Assembly: GCF_009914755.1 (NCBI RefSeq) | Contig: NC_060933.1 | Reading direction: 5' to 3' (one strand) | Source of the DNA: the human T2T-CHM13v2.0 reference genome, Homo sapiens | DNA: 64,000 nucleotides | In this document: positions 55,718-64,000 of the stretch, one piece after another | Layout of the letters: every line of letters starts with the position of its first letter | Position numbering within the stretch: the stretch's first letter is position 1 | The notes under the pieces: model-generated | Database searches by the model: none | The model's input: the letters and a program-made list of their open reading frames with translations, nothing else | Told to the model about the DNA's origin: nothing | Program-made: the position numbers and the translations under genes

Positions 55718-55969
55718 GGCCCTTCTCTGTTTTTAATTATGAGGTTATATTTTGACTAAGTTCGAGGTGAAAAATAATGTTGGCATGGTCTGGATAAATG
55801 TGCAGGTTGGGGAGACTAAAAAGATAAATGAAGAGTATCCATTTATTTTAACTCAGCAACAATAGTATATATGTGTTATATAATAAATAATGTGTTTATG
55901 TAATAAACTGTAATGTATATATTACATTAGCATATATTGGTTTATATAGTGTATATATTAGTATTTATA

Positions 55970-56684
55970 TATTACAGTAGATAGCTAGTCAGGCATGAGC
56001 AGGGCAGGAGAGGGCTCCACCTGTGACACCAGGAATATGAGCCAACCATCAGGTGATGGTAAGGTGGTTGTTACACTGTTTATCTAAAGTAATAATTGGT
56101 CCCAGCAGGTGCCCGTGAAAGACAGTCTCCCAATAGATGGAAAAATCTTGAAACTGGTGAGCAGCAGCTTCCTGATAAGATCTCAGGAATCTGACAAGTG
56201 GGCTCAAGCATGTGCATTAAGAGGCAAAATTGTGGCATTTAATTGGCATATGAGCTTTCAGGGACATTCAACTGGTAAGGGAAGAACGCCTCAAGTGAGT
56301 GTGCATACAACTTCAGTGAACACACTGAGCACGCGGCCCCTCCCAAGTGCTGGCAGGCCACTGTGCAGGCAGACAGCCCACCCCAAGGGAAGAATCAGGG
56401 GAGAAGTAACAATAATGCAAGACACCAGAAGAATGCCAACATATAAAATCCCAAGTCAAAGGTCAAATGAGGCACTTGTCTTTCAAGCCCACCACCTTGT
56501 CCTCTTCCAAGTGGGCTTTCCTTCCTTTTGTTCCTACTCTAAAGCTTTTTAATAAAATTTTCTTTCTGCTCTAAAACTTGACTCAGTCTCTCCTTCTGCC
56601 TTCTGCCTCCTAGGTTGAATTCTTTCTTCTGAGGAGGTAGAACTGAGGTTGCTGCAGACTCATATGAATTTGAGACCACTAACA
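55970..56684 (+). mobile_element. MER50 ERV1 solo LTR
   Basis: CATGAGCAGGGCAGGAGAGGG...CCATCAGGTGATGG...CAGTCTCCCAATAGAT...GATAAGATCTCAGGA, TATAAAA box, AATAAA, ends CTAACA. 4-bp TSD TATA. Sits inside a TA-rich tract. Confidence 0.85.
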
Positions 56685-57814
56685 TATATTACTAATATAT
56701 ATACTGTACTAGTATTTGTACATATTAATAATATACATACAAATATATATTAGTGTATATGCTAATATATCTAATAGTCTTAGATATATAAGTATATATG
56801 TATATATGTATTAGTCTATATATATAGACTAATCACAACTCATTCTTATGTATCCATAAAATGAATCCTCTAAAGCTGAGCCCTCAACCACGCTTAATTA
56901 AGTTAAAGCATTTCTTTGTGTATTTCAAGATCAATTATTATTATTATTATTATTATTTTCTGTAAACTTAGCTATATGATTCAGACCATGAGTGTTTCTG
57001 AAGCTCCAATAAGAGAAATATTCCATGAACTCCACAGAGGATGAGACATACGGCAGCCTTGAAGTACGTTTGGAGACATAGAGAAGAAAAGGTAGAGTTA
57101 AAAACAGAGACTTTGGTAATAATACATATATATGTTGCCTCTGATAATTTGTGGAATCAGTGGAATATTGAGACTTATAGAAAAGTTTGAGCTTCAAACT
57201 TACAGTTAGTAATTTTGGCCTGTTTTAAGGATAATTTGTAATCACTTGGACAGAAAATTTCTAATATAAGAAAGAAATAAAAACTTGAGATATTTAAGTT
57301 TTTCAATCAAATTAATTAATCATATGAACAGAATCATATGACTATTAACTACCTAAGAGAATAGTAACCTCAAGAACACTTCAAGAAATTTAGATGAACC
57401 CATTTTCATGCTGACCATGTATAGATTATATATAAATTTGATATTATGTATAGATTATATATGTATAGATTATATACAAATTTGATATTAACTAAGAGTT
57501 TTGAGAGAATCATTTTAATGTTCATTGATGTGGCGATTTTACTGCAATTGTAAGGTGGTACATGTGTGCCTATGTGTCTAAAAGATAAACAGAGTGAGAT
57601 TAAATACATCTTCTGTATACATGTATATATGGATTTAGTTCTAAAATAGAAATCAACTTTTACATTTATAAAACACATGAACACAATCTCACTTTCCCTT
57701 TTTAACACTATATATTAGCCTTGACATTGTTTAAGTCATGGGCAATTTAAACATCTATACATAAGTGTGTACATCTATCTACATTATGGATACTTCTACA
57801 TCTATAATGATAAA

Positions 57815-58030
57815 ACTAACATTTTTTGTTACTTACTCTGTGCTAGGCTTTTCTGAGCACTTTACATAAATTATCACCTTTATTGGTAATAATTGCCACA
57901 AGAAAAAGTTATAATTGTTATCCTCATTTTACCCATATGAAACTTGAGTCACAGAGGTTAAGTGACTTGCCAAAAGCCACACAGCTGTTGGCAAAACCAT
58001 GTAATGTTTCTCTAAAATTCATGTTATTTA
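57815..58030 (-). mobile_element. MIR
   Basis: TTACTCTGTGCTAGGC...TTATCCTCATTTTAC...AGAGGTTAAGTGACTTGCCAAAAGCCACACAGCT. Confidence 0.75.
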
Positions 58031-58529
58031 CTGGGACATAATCTCAGCTTCTTCAACTGTGATGTTATCATTACCATAATAGTTGGTAACAAAAAATACT
58101 CTATTTGTTCACTTGAATTCAAAGCCTCATTAATTGTTGGAAGTTAGAAAAGTGGGCTGCACAATTAGAACGTGTCTTTCTCTTAAATACTTGTGTCAAT
58201 TTAGTGCCGCCTTCTCTAAAAAACTTCCATGAATACCTGCCTTGGCCTCTTGTTACCACTACCATACTTTTAATATCTCGCTGTCAAATTCTCCCTCTCC
58301 AGTTTCTTCTATTCACTTTGCAAATGATCTCAGACTTAATCTCAACGATGACTGTTTCTATTTATATATTGCATTTATTTCTATTTGCCTCTTTTTGATT
58401 TTAGCATTTTACTTATCTACTACAAGTCTATCCCAGGCATTTAACATTTTTTAAACCTTACTGAAAATTCACATTCCTTTAACTTAACTTTACCTGTTTC
58501 ACTTGGGAATTATATTGCTTCATAAGCTC

Positions 58530-58693
58530 TTTATTCATTGGTGAGTACATTTTTACCAACATAAAATTTAATTCCAACTATGTGCCAAACAGAATTTAGA
58601 ACACCTGGGATACAGGGATTAAAAATAAAAATAGATCATCCCTAGCCTCAAGGAGCGAGTCTCTAACTTCACTGCATATTAGAATCACTGGGA

Positions 58694-58735
<42 letters not shown>

Positions 58736-60290
58736 TATTTATATATATTCTTGGGAATATATATGAATTCTTAAAGCGCAGGCTACACTCCACACCAATT
58801 AAATCAGAAGCTCTGAGTAGGAAAATCCCAGACCATAGTTTTGTTTTTTCTTTGTTTGTTTGTTTTGTTTTGTTTTAACTTCTCAGGTGATTCCAATGTG
58901 CAGCCAAGTTGGAGAAATACTCTATTACGGGACACAAACATATCTAGAAATTATTAATAATAGAAATGTGCACAAAGTACAGAGGTAGCAGAGGCAAAAT
59001 AATGATGTACTCTGCTTTTGGAAAGGGTCTCAGAGGATTTCTTTGGAGAGAAGCTAGGTTTTATTTAATGAAGAAGAAAGGGTGAACATTTCAAGAACCC
59101 TAAGCATATCCATGTTGCCTGAACATAAAGTAGTAAACAAAAAGTGTCAAGAGAGGAGATTTAAAAAGCGGTCAAGAAGAAAGATCATGAAAACCAATCT
59201 ATGCTTTTTTAAGGAGCTTGTACTTGTATTCTGGCTAATAGGTTAAACTTTAAATAATATACAAAAAGACCCCACCATACTTACCTAAATTTTAGTGGAA
59301 GTAGTTAACGGGTAGAAAGAGACTAGCAAAGAAATGGGAGACCAGTTAGGAATTGTTGCAGTATTCCACCAAAAGTTGAAGGTGGTCTAGATGAAGATAG
59401 TGGTAGTGTAGGTAAAAAAAAAAAAATGAAAGGATTCATGATTCATTTTGGAAAAGAGTCTACACTTACAGATAGATTTATAAGGGATTGGTTATTAGTG
59501 ATGAGAGAGGGAGAAAAAAAACAGAAAGACAGAGATAGAGAGGGGGAAAGAGACACAGAAGATAATTAGAATCACAGGAGATTTTATTTTTTTGGCTTAA
59601 GAACCCAGATCTGTACTGAACTCATTTTTCCAAAAGAGGATGGCTGAGGGGAAAAACAAACAAAACAATTTTGGGAAAAACTTACTCAGTTTCCCCCAAA
59701 CATTCGGTTAAGTTCAGTTTTATCCACTTTAACCTTGAGATGTTTATGGAAATGGAAGACACAGAGTGTGTCTAAAGCAGAGAGAGTCATTGATTGTGTT
59801 AAAAGATCCTGAGGATGGTAAGAACAACATACATCAGGTTATTGGTGATTTTGATGACATATATTCTAGCATGGTGGTGATACAAATCGAAATGGAGCAA
59901 GTTGAAGAACAAATGAAAGATGAGGAAGTTGAACTATCAAGTTAACAATGTTGAGGAGGGGGAAAACGTGAAGATAACTAGAGGGAAAAATGAGGTCAGA
60001 ATAAAGTTTCTTTGATTTAATGGGCAATAGTATATGTTATGTATGCTCATGAGACTGATTCAGCAGAAAGGGAGAGACTGATGATGCAAAAGAGAGGAAA
60101 GAAGGAATATGTGTAAAGGAAAAGCCCTTGAAAAAATGAAAATTGTTAGGATCTAAAGTTCATATACAGGGACTGACTTTTGATAGAAGAATATGGGTAA
60201 AGAAGCAGGTGGATTTGTGGATTTGTGAATATAAAGTGAAGAGGCTCCAATCAGATGGCTTCTGTTTTTTTAATGAAGGACTGTCATGTA
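58530..60290 (-). mobile_element. Degraded L2, interrupted by a MER5A-like element
   Basis: ACTATGTGCCA...CTGGGATACAG...CCTCAAGGAGC; GGGAGACCAGTTAGGAATTGTTGCAGT...GGTGGTCTAGA. Confidence 0.6.
58660..58922. mobile_element. MER5A1-like element with internal TG/TA/CA microsatellite
   Basis: CTGCATATTAGAATCACTGGGA ... CCAATTAAATCAGAA...CAGGTGATTCCAATGTGCAGCCAAGTTGGAGAA. Confidence 0.75.
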
Positions 60291-60411
60291 TGGTAACTCC
60301 TTTTCCAATCTACTGTGATACTTTTAAGTAGTAGGCTACTTGTCTCATTGAAACTTCCAGAAAAGAAGGCCTAGCAAAATTAGCAACAGACATGGGGGAG
60401 AATCATAATGA

Positions 60412-60775
<364 letters not shown>

Positions 60776-61412
60776 GTAATTATTATCATCATCATCCTAG
60801 CACCACTACTTCTATTGTAATTATTATCAACACCCCATTATTTCAACTTTGATTTATTAAATGTTACTATGTGCCAAAAACTGTGCCAACAACTGACATT
60901 TATTTTATTGAAAAGGTTTACTGAGAAAGGTTTCAAGCTGGGTATAAACAGCTTGTTTCTTGTTTCTGCTTAAAAATAAGAAACATCTTACTTGAATCAT
61001 GTTCCTCCACAAGGCCCAGTGTGGCCTTTCATGGAGTAGGTATGATAGGTGAATTTAAAAATGGGCAGATAAATGTTAACCAGTGCATATGTCACGCTGC
61101 TGATGTATCTGTTTCTTTGTTTTTCCTCACTGGTTCTCTGCTATGAGTGGTACCGTGCTTGGCTGACACCCAAAAAAAAGAAACAGGAATGGAAGAGAAG
61201 CTAGACTTGGGTATTTTGTCCTTGAGTAGGACAGTGGTGACTTGAAGTTGTCCACAACTCCTGAAAGTGTCATGAGAGGGCAGGATGGCAGAGAGTATGT
61301 TGGTAACTGGATAAGTTCAAATAGAACAACAAGTGCATTTAGTTATTTCTCTAAACGAGTGCATTTATATTCTCTAAACTAGTGCATTTAGTTTTCTCTA
61401 AAGAAAGGAAGT

Positions 61413-61797
61413 GGGCCAGGTATAGTGGTTTACACCTGCAATTCTAACACTTTAAGTGGCCAAGGCGGGAGGATTACTTGAGCCCACGATTTCGAGACCA
61501 GCCTGGGCAACATGGTGAAACCTTGTCTCTACAAAAAATACAAAAATTATCTGGGTGTGGTGGCATGCACCTGTAGTCCCTGCTACTCAGGAGGCTGAGG
61601 TGGAAGGATAGCTAGAGCCCTGGGAGGTCAAGGCTGCAGTGAGCCATGATTACATCACTGTACTCCAGCCTGGACGACAGAGAAAGACCCTGTCTCGAAA
61701 GAAAGAAAGAAAGACAGAAAGAAAGAAAGAGAGAGAGAGACACAGAGAGAGAGAGAGAGAGAAAGAAAGAAAGAAGGAAAGAAAGAAAGAGATTAAA
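61413..61797 (+). mobile_element. AluJ with GA-rich tail
   Basis: J diagnostics GGAGGATTACTTGAGCCC, GGTCAAGGCTGCAGTGAGCCATGAT, GACCCTGTCTC. Confidence 0.9.
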
Positions 61798-61925
61798 AAG
61801 AAAATATAAAAAGGTGGTGAGGTATGTGGGAAAACTAAACCAAAACAAGCAAAATGAAATAAATATCTATTGAGTGCCCATTGTATTTAAGCCTTATACT
61901 TTAAGATTTGTGAGGTGTTTGGTAC

Positions 61926-61928
<3 letters not shown>

Positions 61929-61965
<37 letters not shown>
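61929..61965. repeat. (GT)n microsatellite
   Basis: Read directly from the sequence. Confidence 0.96.
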
Positions 61966-61966
<1 letters not shown>

Positions 61967-62509
61967 CGTTTGAGCCTGACAAGGCAGGTATTATTTCTCC
62001 CGTTATCTGGAGGAAAAAAAATTCATGAAGCTGGCAAGTGGCAGAGTGAAGATTAACATCCAGGACTAAAAGATTTTACTTTCCTCTCTATCTCACTGAA
62101 GCTCCAGAAATCTAGTTCATAACTTCCCTCTTCCTCTTTACCTTTTGCATAGTGATAATGCCATTGCACAACGATGAACCAACACGCAAATCTTCACTCT
62201 AGTGTCTTTTGGACCAAGATTGTGGTGTGGAACACTAAGAATGGCTTTCTGGGAATTAGTTTAACTTCTTTCTACTCTCCCTAAGGAATGTTCTGCCTCC
62301 CTTCCTTCCCATCTGTCTAAGCTCTTCTTATATTTCCTATTGAAAACATTTGGATCTCCTATTCCTCTCTACTCCCTTACTTGAATGACAAATCTTTGCC
62401 AGGGCTTTTAGATAATTCAGTTGATGAATCAGAGCAGTGGCAGTATTTTACTTTTGACATAGTTTTAAGAATAAAATTAACTTTCTCCCCTACCCCCCTT
62501 TTTCCCAAA

Positions 62510-64000
62510 ATTTTTTTAACTTTTATTTTAGATTTGAGGGTACATATGAAGGTTTGTTATATAAGTAAGCTCATGACATGGGGGTTTCATGTACAGATTA
62601 TTTCATCACCCAGGTATTAAGCCTAGTGCCCAATAGTTATTTTTTTCTGCTCCTCTCCCTCTTCCCACCATCCACCCTGAATTAGAGCCTGGTGTCTGTC
62701 ATTCCCTTTTTTATGTCCATGTATTCTCATTATTTAGTTCCCACTTTTAAGTGAGAACATGCAGTATTTGTTTTTCTTTCCTGCATTTGTTTTCTAAGGG
62801 TAATAGCCTTCAGCTCCATCCATGTTCCATCAAAAGACATAATCTCATTTTTTAATGGCTACATAGTATTCCATGGTGTATATGTACCACATTTTCTTGA
62901 TCCAATCTGTCATTGATGGGCATTTAGGTTGATTCCATGTCTTTCTTCTTGTAGATAGTGTTACAATGAACATTTGCATGCATGTGTCTTTATGGTAGAA
63001 TGATTTATATTCCTATGATGATATGCCCAGTAATGGAATTGCTGGGTCAAATGGAAGTTCTGCTTTTAGCAATTTGAGGAATCACCACACTGTCTTCCAC
63101 AATGGCTGAACTAATTTACACTCCCATCAAAAGTGTATGTGTTCCTTTTTCTCTGCAACATCACTAGCATCTGTTGTTTTTTTACTTTATAATAATGGCT
63201 ATCCTGTCTGATATGTGATGGTATCTCATTGTGGTTTTGATTTGCATTTTCCTAATGGTCAGTGATGTTGAGCTTTTTTCATATGCTTGTTGGCTGTATG
63301 TATGTCTTCTTTTGAAAAATGTCTGTTCATGTTCTTTGCCCACTTTTTAATGGGGCTGTTTATTTTTCTCTTGCAAATTTGTTTAAGTTCCTTATAGATG
63401 CTGAATATTAGGTCTTTGTCAGATGCTTAGTTTGCAAAAACTTTCTCCCATTCTGTAGCTTGTCTGTTTACTCTGTTGATAGTTTCTTTTGCTGTGCAGA
63501 GGCTCTTCAGTTTAACTAGATTGCATTTGTCAATTTTTGCTTTTGTTGTGATTGCTTTTGATGTCTTTGTCATGAAATCTTTGCCTGTTCCTATGTCCAG
63601 GATTGTATAGTCTAGGTTGTCTTCTAGGTTGTTTGTTTATAGTTTTGAGTTTTACATTTAAGGCTTTAACTCATCTTGAGTTGATTTTTGTATATGGCAT
63701 AAGTAAGAGATCCAGCTTCAATCTTTTGCATATGGCTAGCCAGTTATCCCAGCACCATTTATTGAATAGGAAGTCTTTTACCATTACATGTTTTTGTAAG
63801 CTTTGTCAAAGATCATATGATTGTAGGTGTATTGCCTTGTTTCTGGGCTCTCTATTCTGTTCTATTGGTCTACGTGCCTGTTTTTGTGCCAGTACCATGC
63901 TGTTTTGAATTCTGTAGCCCTGTAGTGTAGTTTGAAGTTGGGTGACGAGATGTCTTCGGCTTAATTCTTTTTGCTTAAGATTGCCTTCCTTATTTGGGGA
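62510..64000 (-). mobile_element. L1PA13-15-like element, 3' end; continues beyond the window
   Basis: TTTTAACTTTTATTTTAGATT...TACAGATTATTTCATCACCCAGGTATTAAGCCTAGT, followed by antisense ORF2 3' sequence. Confidence 0.88.

Noticed and set aside
56109-56552. 147-aa ORF
   Set aside because: It lies wholly inside the MER50 LTR, starts at GTG, and shows no gag/pol/env similarity.

Overview
Primate, most likely human, AT-rich non-coding DNA: a large intron or an intergenic region. I find no credible host protein-coding exon, tRNA or rRNA. The longer ORFs I could recognise are L1 ORF2 remnants, Alu or simple-repeat read-through, or chance ORFs. Much of the window is transposon-derived: Alus (Y, S and J), L1PA/L1MA/L1MB copies, MaLR solo LTRs (MST, MLT1), a MER50 ERV1 solo LTR, DNA-transposon relics (Tigger2a, MER1B, MER5, MER63, half a MADE1), and MIR, L2 and L3 fragments. 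Subfamily names come from recalled consensus sequences and need RepeatMasker/Dfam confirmation. I cannot support a new biological system here. The best leads are: (1) an AluY at 21.4 kb that has diverged with almost no CpG decay, next to a CpG-enriched, motif-dense unique block, suggesting a germline-hypomethylated regulatory region; (2) a multi-layer nested insertion stack at 38.9-50.9 kb containing a full-length old L1 and a twin-primed 5'-inverted L1PA; (3) a candidate 103-nt non-coding exon at 12.0 kb; (4) a motif-switching ATTCT/ACTCT pentanucleotide array; and (5) several enhancer-like or fold-back unique blocks.
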